Source: Alphaproteobacteria bacterium
GTDB lineage: Bacteria; Pseudomonadota; Alphaproteobacteria; MPNO01
Length of the DNA: 64,000 nt
NCBI GenBank assembly: GCA_965202905.1
Contig: OZ241868.1
Location: 2,848,040-2,912,039 of the forward strand
Direction of reading: 5' to 3'
The notes beneath the pieces were generated by a model, which was given only the letters and a program-made list of their open reading frames with translations, was not told where the DNA came from and searched no databases. The translations under genes were made by a program, and so were the position numbers. Below are positions 10,360 to 20,378 of the stretch, piece by piece (positions within the stretch are counted from its first letter, which is position 1; each line of letters begins with the position of its first letter).

Positions 10360-11507
10360 TACGACCTCGGCAGGCCGAGGACGTGCTCGGCCACATAGCT
10401 GAGGACGAAGTTGTTGGAGATCGGGGCGATCCGGTAGAGCCGGGTCTCGCGGAACTTGCGCTCGACATCGTACTCCTCGGCAAACGCGTAGCCGCCGTGG
10501 GTCTGCATACACATGTCGGCGGCCTTCCAGGACGCTTCCGAGGCGAGGTACTTGGCCAGATTGGCCTGCTCGCCGCAGGGTGCGTTCGCCTCGAACAGCG
10601 CGGCCGCCTTCCCGACCATCAGGTCGGCCGCCTCGGTCGCCGCATAGGCCTCGGCGATGGGAAACTGGACGCCCTGGTTCTGGCCGATCCGCCGGCCGAA
10701 GACCTGGCGCTCGCGGGCGTAATCGGCGGCCTTGCCGATGAACCAGCGGGCGTCGCCGATACACTCGGCCGCTATCAGGATGCGCTCGGCGTTCATGCCG
10801 TCGAGGATGTAGCGGAAGCCCTTGCCCTCCTCGCCGACAAGGCTGTCAGCCGGAATGCGCAGGTTGTCGAGGAAGATTTCCGTCGTTGCGTGGTTGATCA
10901 TGGTCCGGATCGGGCGAATTTCGAGGCCGTCGCCAAGCGCCGCGCGCATGTCGAGGATGAAGACCGACAGCCCGTCGGTGCGTTTGGCGACCTTCTCCCG
11001 CGGCGTCGTGCGGGCGAGCAGCAGCATCAGGTCGGAGTGCTCGGCCCGCGAGGTCCAGACCTTCTGGCCGTTGACGATGTAGCCCGCGTCGCCGTCGCGC
11101 ACCGCGGTGGTCCGGAGGCTCAGCGTATCGGTCCCGCTGGTCGGCTCGGTCACGCCGAAGGCCTGGAGGCGCAGCTCGCCTGCGGCGATCCCGGGCAGGT
11201 AGCGGCTCTTCTGGTCGTCGCTGCCGTGCCGCAGCAGCGTGCCCATGGTGTACATCTGGGCATGGCATGGTCCGCCATTGCCGCCGGATTTCTGGATTTC
11301 CTCCAGAATCGCCGCGGCTGCCGGGATGCCCAGCCCGCTCCCGCCGTACTCCTCGGGGATCAGGACCGACAGGTAGCCGCCCTCGGTCAGTTCCCGGACG
11401 AAGTCGGTCGGGTAGGCGCGGTCGCGGTCGAGCCCGCGCCAGTACTCCCCGGGGTATTTGGCGCACAGCCTGGCGACGGCCTCGCGGATTTCCTGAAACT
11501 CTTCCAT
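10356..11507 (-). CDS. Acyl-CoA dehydrogenase
   Basis: FGVTEPTSGTD, NGQKVWTS, QTHGGYAF, ERKFRETRLY. Confidence 0.92.
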   Translation of the reverse strand: MEEFQEIREAVARLCAKYPGEYWRGLDRDRAYPTDFVRELTEGGYLSVLIPEEYGGSGLGIPAAAAILEEIQKSGGNGGPCHAQMYTMGTLLRHGSDDQKSRYLPGIAAGELRLQAFGVTEPTSGTDTLSLRTTAVRDGDAGYIVNGQKVWTSRAEHSDLMLLLARTTPREKVAKRTDGLSVFILDMRAALGDGLEIRPIRTMINHATTEIFLDNLRIPADSLVGEEGKGFRYILDGMNAERILIAAECIGDARWFIGKAADYARERQVFGRRIGQNQGVQFPIAEAYAATEAADLMVGKAAALFEANAPCGEQANLAKYLASEASWKAADMCMQTHGGYAFAEEYDVERKFRETRLYRIAPISNNFVLSYVAEHVLGLPRSY

Positions 11508-11626
11508 CGTCCGATCTTCGGCTGCCTGAACCCCGGCCGTTTTACGCGCTCGGCCCGGCCTTGCAAAGGAACCGGTGGCGTTTGGCGATCTGCGGTGCGC
11601 GGCCCTGCGGCGCAGATTCAGTAGAT

Positions 11627-12100
11627 TCATATGTAGCGCACCGAATTGTCGTTGCCGAGGACGCGATCTTCCTGCGCGCACAGGATGTCGCGTCCCTTGC
11701 CGGCGAAGGCTGCGGAGGCCGATTCCGCATCCTCCGGCTCGCGCACGAACCGGGCGTTGTGAGCAGGAAGGAAGATGTCTTTCAGGAAGCAACCGGCCGC
11801 CTCGGTCGCCGCGATGGCGTGAGAGCGCAATTCCTGTGGCGGACGGTTCTGCAGCTTGCTGAACATACGCTCCGAGCGACCGCGCGCCTGGGGTGAACAG
11901 GCCGGGATCGGCCCGATGCCGGGCCGCTGGAGGGCGCGGCCCAGCCGGGTTGGGTCGTCCTTGTCGACCTTGCCGCGTCGACCTTGCCGCCGGCGTCCGG
12001 CGTGCACTGGTCGTGCGACCCCCGATCGGCATACAGCGAACGGAACGGGCGCTTGTGTTCGATCGCCGCCCCGATCCCCTGAAAACTGCTCATTCACGCC
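11627..12100 (-). mobile_element. Degraded transposase remnant (ISNCY-like)
   Basis: Fragments SLYADRGSH and SPQARGRSERMFSKLQNR...FLPAHNARF lie in different frames; boundaries approximate. Confidence 0.7.
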
Positions 12101-12203
12101 TTCCTCGGCGCGTCCTCCTCGGCGAGGCGAAGGCAAACCGGACAGATCGCATGGCGCCTGCACCGGGCATAACGCTTGTTAGCGACATCCGACGCAATTT
12201 ATG

Positions 12204-12232
12204 TTGACCGGCAGGTCGCCGGTAAATATGGT
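12204..12232 (+). promoter_or_regulatory. Sigma70-type promoter within a duplicated ~95-bp cassette (copy A)
   Basis: TTGACC-17 nt-TATGGT; cassette homologous to 31155-31259. Confidence 0.55.
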
Positions 12233-12418
12233 CGACGCGCGTCGGATGCGGACCGCTCACAGGCGGTCGACGGCGCGACAGAGCCCAACTATAGCTGCCG
12301 GGATACGTCGTAGCGGCGCCGCGCCAAGCGGCTGTCCCGACGACGCTGACCTTGACGCCGGGCCGGCGGGCCGCGGCCATCCGGGCGGCGTCATCCGGCG
12401 TCATGGAGATGGTCGACC

Positions 12419-13591
12419 ATGCCGGTCATCGATCGGATCGCAGAGTTCCACGAGGAAATGACCGCTTGGCGGCGGCATTTGCACACGCGTCCCGAAACCG
12501 CCTTCGAGGAGCACGAGACCGCACGGTTCGTCGCCGACCGACTGGCTGGGTTCGGCGTCGAGACCCATCGAGGGCTCGCCGGAACCGGCGTAGTGGGCAG
12601 GCTGGAGGGCGGCTGCGGCAGGGGCAAGGCGATCGGGCTGCGCGCGGATCTCGATGCGCTACATATCGAGGAGAAGAACGGCTTCGCCCACCGTTCGCAG
12701 AACCCGGGCAAGATGCACGCCTGCGGCCATGACGGGCATGTGACGATGCTGCTGGGCGCGGCGAAGTATCTGACCGAGACGCGCAACTTCGCCGGCACGG
12801 CGCATTTCATCTTCCAGCCGGCCGAGGAGAACGAGGGCGGCGCGCGCGTGATGATCGAGGAGGGTCTTTTCGAGACGTTCCCGATGGAGCAGGTCTTCGG
12901 CATGCACAACATGCCCTGGCTCGGCGTCGGCGAGATGGCGGTCCGCCCGGGGCCGATGATGGCGGCCTTCGACATCTTCGAAATCGCGGTCGCCGGCCGC
13001 GGCGCCCATGCCGCGGCGCCGCATCAGGGCGCCGATGCGGTCGTTGCCGCGGCCGAGATGGTCATTGCGCTCCAGACCATCGCCAGCCGCATCATCGACG
13101 CTCAGGAGGCGGTGATCGTCACCGTCACCCAGATTCACGGCGGGGATACCTGGAACGTGATCCCGGAGGACGTGACGCTGCGCGGCACGATCCGCGCGTT
13201 CAGCCCCGCGGTCCAGGACCGGGCCGAGGCCGCGCTCCGGCGCATCGTCGCCGGTGTCGCTGCAACGCATGGGCTCGAGGCCGGGGTCCGGTACGAAAAG
13301 CGCTACCCGCCGACGATCAACGCGGTCGCGGAATCCGGGATCGCCGCCGCCGCCGCCGCCGATGTCGTAGGCGCGGACAACGTGCGCGCGGACCTCAACC
13401 CCAAGCTCGCCTCCGAGGATTTCGCGTTCATGCTCGACGAGAAGCCCGGCAGCTATGTCTGGCTGGGCAACGGGCCGGGCGAGGGCGGCTGCCTGCTGCA
13501 CAACCCCAACTACGACTTCAACGACGAAATTCTGCCGATCGGCGCGAGCTACTGGGCCCGCCTGGTGGAGACCTGCCTGACGCCGGGCTGA
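12419..13591 (+). CDS. M20D amidohydrolase (hippurate hydrolase-like)
   Basis: LRADLDAL, MHACGHDGH, FQPAEE, SEDF, LHNPNYDFND. Confidence 0.92.
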   Translation: MPVIDRIAEFHEEMTAWRRHLHTRPETAFEEHETARFVADRLAGFGVETHRGLAGTGVVGRLEGGCGRGKAIGLRADLDALHIEEKNGFAHRSQNPGKMHACGHDGHVTMLLGAAKYLTETRNFAGTAHFIFQPAEENEGGARVMIEEGLFETFPMEQVFGMHNMPWLGVGEMAVRPGPMMAAFDIFEIAVAGRGAHAAAPHQGADAVVAAAEMVIALQTIASRIIDAQEAVIVTVTQIHGGDTWNVIPEDVTLRGTIRAFSPAVQDRAEAALRRIVAGVAATHGLEAGVRYEKRYPPTINAVAESGIAAAAAADVVGADNVRADLNPKLASEDFAFMLDEKPGSYVWLGNGPGEGGCLLHNPNYDFNDEILPIGASYWARLVETCLTPG

Positions 13592-13611
13592 GCGCAACGG
13601 GGACGGGACCG

Positions 13612-15198
13612 ATGGCCAGGCAAGACAGTTTCGCCGGGGTGACGATCCCCCGCTCGCCGGTCTACGGCATGAACGCGATGGTGGTCTCCGGCCATTCCCA
13701 GGCGTCGCTCTCCGGGCTGCGAGTGCTGGAGCGCGGCGGTTCGCTGATCGATGCGACGATCGCGGCCTCGGCGACGCTGTCGGTGGTCCTGCCGCACGCG
13801 ACCTCGCTCGGCGGCGACGCCTTCATCCTCTACCACGACGCCAAGGAAGGCCGCACCCACGGCATGAACGCCTCGGGCCACGCGCCGGCCGGCGCGACCC
13901 TGGAGGCCTACAAGGACGGCATCCCGCTGCGCGGGCCGCTGGCGGCCAGCGTGCCGGGCATGGTCCGCGGCTGGGAGCGCATGCACCAGCGCTACGGCAG
14001 GCTTGCCTGGGCCGATCTGATGGAGGACGCGATCCGGCTCGCCGAGGCCCACCCGGTCTCGCGCGTGCTGGCCGCCGCGCTGCACCTGTTCCGCGACGAT
14101 GTCGAGGCCGATCCGGGGCTGCGCGCGATCTACTACCCCGACGGCGAGCCGCTGCCGGCCGGGGCGATCGTCAGGCAGCCGGCGCTTGCCCGCAGCCTGC
14201 GGCTGATCGCCGGGCACGGCAGCAAGATCGTCTACGAAGGCGAGATCGCCGCCTCGATCGGCGCTTACAGCCAAGCCCGTGGCGGCGTGATCGCGGCCGG
14301 GGATTTCAGCGGCTACGAGCCGGAATGGGTCGCCCCGCTCGAGGGCGGCTATCGCGGGCTGACCGTCCGGGTGATGCCGCCGAACTCCTACGGCGTCCTG
14401 ATGCTGATGCAGCTCAACGCGCTCGACGGGATCGACCCGGCCGATCTCGCCGCAGACGACGCAGCCCGGCTGGCCTGTTTCATGCGCACCCAGCGCGCGG
14501 TCTTCGCCGAAGGCCGGCGCCTGATCGCCGATCCCAGGACCGATCCGGTCCCGGTGGACGACATGCTGGGGCCGGCGATGACCGCCCGGCTGCGAGCCGC
14601 CGCGCGCGGCGAGACGGCGATGGCCGGAGCCGCCGCCCACCCCGCCGGCGGGACCTCCTGCATCGTCTTGGCCGACGGCGAAGGGAACGGCGTCTCGGTC
14701 GTGCAGTCGGTCTTCCACGTCTTCGGCGGCGCCTTCCTCGATCCCGGGACCGGCTTCCACATGAATAACCGAATGACCGGGTTCAGCACCGACCCGAGCC
14801 ATGCCGGCGCGCTCGCGCCCGGCAAGCGGCCGGCGCATACGCTCAATCCGGTGGTGATCCTCGACGGCCGGGAGCTGCGCTACCTGATGACCACGCCGGG
14901 CGGACCCAGCCAGACGCTGTCGCATGTCCAGGTGCTGTGCAACCTGGTCGATCGCGGCATCGAGCTGACCGCGGCGATCGAGGCGCCGCGCTGGAGCATC
15001 AACCTCGACGGCGAGTCGTTGCTCGACGAGGCGTTCCCCGACGACATCGCCGATCGCTTGGCGGCCCAGGGGCTCCCGGTCAAGCGTGCGGCCGGCGCGG
15101 CTTATTTCGGCTCCGTCAAGATGATCGAGCGGCGGCCCGATCGCGTGCTGCTGGGCGCCGCCGACACCCGGCGGGAGGCCTATGCGGTCGGCGCCTAG
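13612..15198 (+). CDS. ggt: Gamma-glutamyltransferase family Ntn-hydrolase
   Basis: LGGDAF, SVPG, PPNS, nucleophile Thr in GTSCIV, PGKRPAHTL, TPGG. Confidence 0.88.
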   Translation: MARQDSFAGVTIPRSPVYGMNAMVVSGHSQASLSGLRVLERGGSLIDATIAASATLSVVLPHATSLGGDAFILYHDAKEGRTHGMNASGHAPAGATLEAYKDGIPLRGPLAASVPGMVRGWERMHQRYGRLAWADLMEDAIRLAEAHPVSRVLAAALHLFRDDVEADPGLRAIYYPDGEPLPAGAIVRQPALARSLRLIAGHGSKIVYEGEIAASIGAYSQARGGVIAAGDFSGYEPEWVAPLEGGYRGLTVRVMPPNSYGVLMLMQLNALDGIDPADLAADDAARLACFMRTQRAVFAEGRRLIADPRTDPVPVDDMLGPAMTARLRAAARGETAMAGAAAHPAGGTSCIVLADGEGNGVSVVQSVFHVFGGAFLDPGTGFHMNNRMTGFSTDPSHAGALAPGKRPAHTLNPVVILDGRELRYLMTTPGGPSQTLSHVQVLCNLVDRGIELTAAIEAPRWSINLDGESLLDEAFPDDIADRLAAQGLPVKRAAGAAYFGSVKMIERRPDRVLLGAADTRREAYAVGA

Positions 15199-15326
15199 CG
15201 GTTCGACTCTTTCGAGTCGAACCGCTGGTTTATGTTGATGGATCGACTTATCGAGATATTCGAATGTGTTATGGTCGCCAGATCGTCATCGGCCGGGGGA
15301 TTCGAAAGTCTCGGTCGATCCACTGG
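15195..15326. repeat. Palindromic MITE/RIME-like intergenic repeat, copy 1
   Basis: Reverse-complement match to 20219-20352 and 50419-50706; two hairpins; CTAG/CTGG ends. Confidence 0.8.
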
Positions 15327-15367
15327 AGCATGTCCGGTTCGGCGCCGTCCAGGACGGGCATGATCTG

Positions 15368-17047
15368 ATGTCCGGTCCGGTCGACCTGATCGTAAGCCGC
15401 GGGAAGGTCATCACCGTCGATTCCGCCTTCCGCCTCGCCGAAGCCGTGGCGGTGCGCGGGGACCGCATCGTCGCCGTCGGCGGCGCGGCCGAGATCGAAG
15501 CGCTCGCCGGGCCCGGGACGCGGCGGATCGACGCCGGCGGCCGGGCGGTCGCGCCGGGGTTGATCGACGGCCATGCCCATCTCGACCGCGAGGGGCTGAA
15601 GCCGGTCTTCCCCTCGCTCGCCGGATGCCGGTCGATCGACGACATCTTGCAGCGCATCGAGGCGCTGGTTGCGGACGCCGAGCCGGGCCAATGGATCCTC
15701 ACCATGCCGATCGGCGATCCGCCCTATTACTGGGACGTGCCCCACAGTCTCGCCGAGAAGCGCTTCCCGACGCGCTGGGAGCTCGACCGGGTCGCGCCGG
15801 ACAACCCGATCTATATCCGTCCGATCTGGGGGTTCTGGCGCCACATCCTGCCGCTCACCTCGGTCGCTAACTCCGCCGCCCTGGCGCTCGCCGGGATCGG
15901 CAGGACCACCGCCGATCCCTCCGAGACCATCACCTTCGAGCGCGATCCCGAGACCGGCGAGCCCACCGGGGTCATCAACGAGAACACCTTCATGCCGGTG
16001 GTCGAGCTCAGCCACTTCCACATGGCGCCGCGGTTCACCGCGGCGGACCGCGTTCGCGGTCTCAAGGACGCCATGCGGATCTACAACGCCACCGGCACGA
16101 CCAGCATCTTCGAGGAGCACGGCGCGGCCCAGGAGCTGATCCGGGCCTATCAGGCCGTCCATGCCGCAGGCGAGGCGACGGTGCGGGCGACTCTCGTCTT
16201 CAGCCCGTCCTGGGGGCCCGAACGCGATATCGACTACGCCCATACGCTGCGGTCGTGGTCGGGCCCGCTCGGCGGGCGCGGGCTGGGCGATTCCTGGCTC
16301 GCCGTCGGCGGCATTTACACCGAGTTCGGGTTCGATCGGGACAGCCTGCTGCGCGCCCGCGCCTCGCCCTACACCGGCTGGTCGGGGTTCAACTACGACT
16401 GCGGCGTGCCCCGGGACCGCATGGTCGCTTTCCTGGTCGAAGCCGCGCGAAACGGCGTCCGGGTGGCGGCGCTCCGGGGCGAGTTTCTGGATCTGTTCGA
16501 GGCGGCGAGCCGCCAGGCCCCGATCGCCGACCAGCGCTGGATTCTCGGCCACATCCGCTCGTTCTCGGAGGACGAAATCCGGCGCATCGCCGATCTGGGC
16601 CTCGTGCTGACCACCCACACCAACCGCTACATCTACAAGCAATCCCACATCATGCTGGAGGAGTTGGGCGCGGCGCGCGAGGAAGACATCGTGCCGATCA
16701 GGCGGCTGCGCGAGCACGGGGTCCACGTCTCGCTCGCCACCGACAACGTGCCGACCAGCCTGTGGTATCCGGTCTGGCAGTCGATCGCGCGCGAGAACCT
16801 GCACACCGGCGCCCGCATCGGCGCCGGTCAGGCGCTGAGCCGTGAGGACGCGCTGCGCGCTGCGACCATCGAAGGCGCATGGCTGACATTCGAGGAGGAT
16901 TTGAAGGGCTCGCTCGAAATCGGCAAGCTTGCCGACCTTGTCGTCCTCGACCGCGACCCGCTGAACTGTCCCGAGGCCGGGATCAAGGACACGCTGGCCG
17001 AGACCACTATCGTCGGCGGAAAGGTGGTCTACGAGCGCACGCCATGA
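15368..17047 (+). CDS. Amidohydrolase_3 (YtcJ-like) metallo-dependent hydrolase
   Basis: PGLIDGHAH, GSLEIGKLADLVVLD, TIVGGKVVY. Confidence 0.88.
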   Translation: MSGPVDLIVSRGKVITVDSAFRLAEAVAVRGDRIVAVGGAAEIEALAGPGTRRIDAGGRAVAPGLIDGHAHLDREGLKPVFPSLAGCRSIDDILQRIEALVADAEPGQWILTMPIGDPPYYWDVPHSLAEKRFPTRWELDRVAPDNPIYIRPIWGFWRHILPLTSVANSAALALAGIGRTTADPSETITFERDPETGEPTGVINENTFMPVVELSHFHMAPRFTAADRVRGLKDAMRIYNATGTTSIFEEHGAAQELIRAYQAVHAAGEATVRATLVFSPSWGPERDIDYAHTLRSWSGPLGGRGLGDSWLAVGGIYTEFGFDRDSLLRARASPYTGWSGFNYDCGVPRDRMVAFLVEAARNGVRVAALRGEFLDLFEAASRQAPIADQRWILGHIRSFSEDEIRRIADLGLVLTTHTNRYIYKQSHIMLEELGAAREEDIVPIRRLREHGVHVSLATDNVPTSLWYPVWQSIARENLHTGARIGAGQALSREDALRAATIEGAWLTFEEDLKGSLEIGKLADLVVLDRDPLNCPEAGIKDTLAETTIVGGKVVYERTP

Positions 17048-18132
17048 AGATCGAAGATCTCGACACCCCCGTCCTCGTAGTCGACGCCGCCGCCTTGGAG
17101 CGCAATATCGAGCGCATGTCGACGCTCGCCGCCGAGGCCGGCATCGCCGTCCGGCCGCACGCCAAGGCGCACAAATCCCCGCATGTCGCCGGGCTGCAGA
17201 TGGCGGCCGGCGCAGTCGGGGTGTGCTGCGCCAAGCTCGGCGAGGCCGAGGTTCTGGCCGAGGCCGGGGTCGCGGACATCCTGATCACCACCGGCGTCAT
17301 CGGCCGCTCCAAGGTGATGCGCCTGATCGCCGCCGCCCGGAAATCCCGTATCGCGGTGGTTGCCGACGATCCCGACAACATCGCCGATCTCGCCGCGGCC
17401 GCCCAGACCGCCGGGCTCAAGCTCGACGTGCTGGTCGAGATCGATGTCGGCCAGGGCCGCTGCGGCGCGCCGCCCGGCCCGCGCGCGGCCGAGCTGGCGC
17501 GGCTGGTCGCGGATCATCCGTGGCTCGCCTTCAAGGGGCTCCAGGGCTATCAGGGCTCGGTCCAGATGCGCGCGGACCTTGCCGAACGGCGCAGCGCGGT
17601 CGAGCAGGCGCTGGCTCTGTTGAACGACAGCGCGGAACATGTCCGCAACGCCGGCATCGGGATCGAAGTCCTGACCGGCGGTGGCACCGGAACCTGCGTC
17701 ATCGACATCGCGCTCGGCGGGCTGACCGAGATCCAGCCCGGCAGCTACATCTTCATGGACACCAACTACCGCGCGATCGAGTGGCAGGACGCCCCGTCTC
17801 CGCCTTTCGAGACTTCGCTTTCCATCTATGCCGGGGTCATCAGCCGCCCGGCGCCCAACCGGGCGATCCTGGACTCCGGCTGGAAGGCGATCAGCGGCGA
17901 CGGCGGCCTGCCCCGGGCGATCGGCCATGCGGACGCGATTTTTCGCTTTGCCGGCGACGAGCACGGCGAGCTGAGCTTCCCGCGCCCCTCGCCCTTGGCC
18001 GTCGGCGACAAGGTGATGCTGACGCCGAGCCACTGCGACACCACGGTCAACCTGCACGACCGTTTCATCCTGACGCGCGACGGCGAGGTCGAGGATGTCT
18101 GGGACATCGCCGCCCGCGGCCGCTCGCAATAG
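17044..18132 (+). CDS. DSD1/D-threonine aldolase-like PLP enzyme (fold type III)
   Basis: DTPVLVVD, RPHAKAHK (PLP Lys), GGGTGT, EIQPGSY, DEHG, HCDTTVNL. Confidence 0.88.
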   Translation: MKIEDLDTPVLVVDAAALERNIERMSTLAAEAGIAVRPHAKAHKSPHVAGLQMAAGAVGVCCAKLGEAEVLAEAGVADILITTGVIGRSKVMRLIAAARKSRIAVVADDPDNIADLAAAAQTAGLKLDVLVEIDVGQGRCGAPPGPRAAELARLVADHPWLAFKGLQGYQGSVQMRADLAERRSAVEQALALLNDSAEHVRNAGIGIEVLTGGGTGTCVIDIALGGLTEIQPGSYIFMDTNYRAIEWQDAPSPPFETSLSIYAGVISRPAPNRAILDSGWKAISGDGGLPRAIGHADAIFRFAGDEHGELSFPRPSPLAVGDKVMLTPSHCDTTVNLHDRFILTRDGEVEDVWDIAARGRSQ

Positions 18133-18208
18133 GCCGGTCGCTCTCCAGGGCGTCGGAGTCGACGCCCGCGCGCGCATGACGCGGTCGTCCCGGTCTTCGC
18201 CTGCGGTC

Positions 18209-20164
18209 TCAGTAGAACAGCGCCGAGGGGTACCAGAGTACTGCGACGATCCGGTCGAACATGACGTAGAGAAACGCCCACGCCCCGGCGGCGTAGAGGG
18301 CGGCGATCCACCAAGCGTAGCGGCCCCGGACCCGGGTGTAGAGCAGGACGAAGGCCGGCAGCGCGACGAGCTGGCCGGCGAGCATGGCGAGCCCGACGAG
18401 GCCCAGCCACCAGAGCGCCATGCGTCCGGTCGGGCCGAGCTCGCCGCGCACCGGGAAGGCGTCGTCGCCGGCCGCACGGGTACGGAAGAATTCGCGCACC
18501 GCCAGGACCAGCGCCGCGGCCGACAGCCCGATGCCCGGAATGACGGTCGCCATCGGGATGCGGCCGACATCGGCGGGCCATGAAAAGGTCGGCACCAGCG
18601 CGTAGACGAATGCGCTCAGGCAGAGCGCGAGCGCGACGGTCGCCATCGCCGGGTCCGCGCGGCCGAGATCGGCGGCGATCCGCCGTCCGCGCCCGCGCGC
18701 GGCGACCGTCCGGCGGGCAGCGAACCCGACGGTCAGCACGATAAGCAGGGCGATGATCATGCAGATCGGTCGACCGAGCCAGTCGAGCCCGTCATGGGCC
18801 GAGTTGGTGATGAACAGCGCGTTCTCCATGATCGGGCCGATCACCAGCCCCAGCACCATGGGCGGGCGCGGTACGCCGCCCTGCTTCATCAGGTAGCCGA
18901 CGGCGCCGAAGACCAGGAGCGTGACCCAGTCGCCCAGGTTGCTGTTGGCGAGCCACGCCCCCATGAAGACGAAGACCGTCACCGCCGGCACGATCAGATG
19001 GCCGCGGATAAAGGTCACTTTCGCGATCTGGCGGGCGAGCAGCATCAGCAGCAGCGCGCCGACGACGTTGGCGATCACGAGCGTCCACATCATCGAGAAG
19101 GTGACGGGGAGCTTGACGGTCAGCATCTCCGGGCCCGGCGTCATGCCCTGGATCAGGAGCGCGCCCAGCAGGATCGCCATCGAGGCGCTGCCGGGGATGC
19201 CGAAGGCGACCGTCGGGATCAGCGCGCCGCCCTTCATGGCGTTGTTGGCGGTCTCCGGGGCGATCACCCCGCGCACGTCGCCCTTGCCGAAGCCGTCTTT
19301 GTCCTTGGCGGACTGGACTGCGTGGCCATAGGCCACCCAGTCGACGATCGAGCCGCCGAGCCCCGGCAGCATCCCGACATAGGCGCCGATCGCGGTCGAG
19401 CGCAGCACCAGCCACCAGTTGCGGCCGGCGTCGCGGATCCCGACCGACATGCCGCCCTTGGCCCGGTTCTGCGGAACGCGCGAGATCGAGGTGTCGCGGA
19501 TCGCAAGATCGAGGACCTCCGGCAGGGCGAACAGGCCGAGCACGACCGGGATCAGCGGCAGGCCTTCGAGCAGGTAGGTCGCGCCCAGCCAGTAACGCGG
19601 CGTCGCCCCGTTCTCGGCGTAGCCGATGAAGCTGAGCGACAGCCCGATCAAGGCGGCGGTGAGTCCGCGGAGCATCGAATCCCCGCTCAGCGAGCCCACC
19701 ATGGCGAGCCCCAGCAGGCCCAGCATGAAGAACTCGGCCTGGGTGAACGAAAGGATCAGCGGCTTGACGATCGGGATCGAGACGCCCAGCACCAGCGCGC
19801 CCAGCAGCCCGCCGACGGCCGAGACGGTGAAGGCGGCCCCGAAGGCGCGCGAGGCCTCGCCCTTCATCGCCATCGGATAGCCGTCCAGGATGGTGGCCTG
19901 CGAGGCCGCGGTGCCGGGGATGCCGAGCAGCACGGAGGCGACGGTGTCGCTGGTCGTGGTAACCGCGAACATGCCCAATATGAAGGCGAGCGCGGGCACC
20001 GGGTCCATTGAGAAGGTGAACGGCAGCAGGATCGCCATGCCGACCAGCCCCGACAGGCCGGGCGCCGCGCCGAAGTAAAGTCCAATGAAGACGCCGAGGA
20101 ACAGGTAGCCGATCGCCGGCCAAGCCAGCACCGAGACCAGACCGGTCAAGGCGGCGTCGAACAT
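18209..20164 (-). CDS. tctA: Tripartite tricarboxylate transporter permease TctA with C-terminal TctB-like extension
   Basis: GIPGT..S.ATILDGYPM, GVIAPETANNA, GIPGS; about four extra TM helices at the C-terminus. Confidence 0.88.
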   Translation of the reverse strand: MFDAALTGLVSVLAWPAIGYLFLGVFIGLYFGAAPGLSGLVGMAILLPFTFSMDPVPALAFILGMFAVTTTSDTVASVLLGIPGTAASQATILDGYPMAMKGEASRAFGAAFTVSAVGGLLGALVLGVSIPIVKPLILSFTQAEFFMLGLLGLAMVGSLSGDSMLRGLTAALIGLSLSFIGYAENGATPRYWLGATYLLEGLPLIPVVLGLFALPEVLDLAIRDTSISRVPQNRAKGGMSVGIRDAGRNWWLVLRSTAIGAYVGMLPGLGGSIVDWVAYGHAVQSAKDKDGFGKGDVRGVIAPETANNAMKGGALIPTVAFGIPGSASMAILLGALLIQGMTPGPEMLTVKLPVTFSMMWTLVIANVVGALLLMLLARQIAKVTFIRGHLIVPAVTVFVFMGAWLANSNLGDWVTLLVFGAVGYLMKQGGVPRPPMVLGLVIGPIMENALFITNSAHDGLDWLGRPICMIIALLIVLTVGFAARRTVAARGRGRRIAADLGRADPAMATVALALCLSAFVYALVPTFSWPADVGRIPMATVIPGIGLSAAALVLAVREFFRTRAAGDDAFPVRGELGPTGRMALWWLGLVGLAMLAGQLVALPAFVLLYTRVRGRYAWWIAALYAAGAWAFLYVMFDRIVAVLWYPSALFY

Positions 20165-20218
20165 CCGCGGGTCCCCGGCGCAACGCCCGGGCGGCGCGTG
20201 AACGCCTCCCGGGTGCGC

Positions 20219-20352
20219 CTAGTGGATCAACCGAGACATTTGAATCCCCCGGCCGATGACGATCCGGCGACCATAACGCATTCAAATGTCTCGATGAGTC
20301 GATCCATCGATATGAAAACCAGTGGTTCGAAGCGAAAGATTCGAACCACTGG
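20219..20352. repeat. Palindromic MITE/RIME-like intergenic repeat, copy 2
   Basis: CTAGTGGATCAACCGAGACATTTGAAT...CAGTGGTTCGAA-GCGAAAGA-TTCGAACCACTGG. Confidence 0.8.
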
Positions 20353-20378
20353 ATGCGATCAGTGTCGCCGACGCGGGC

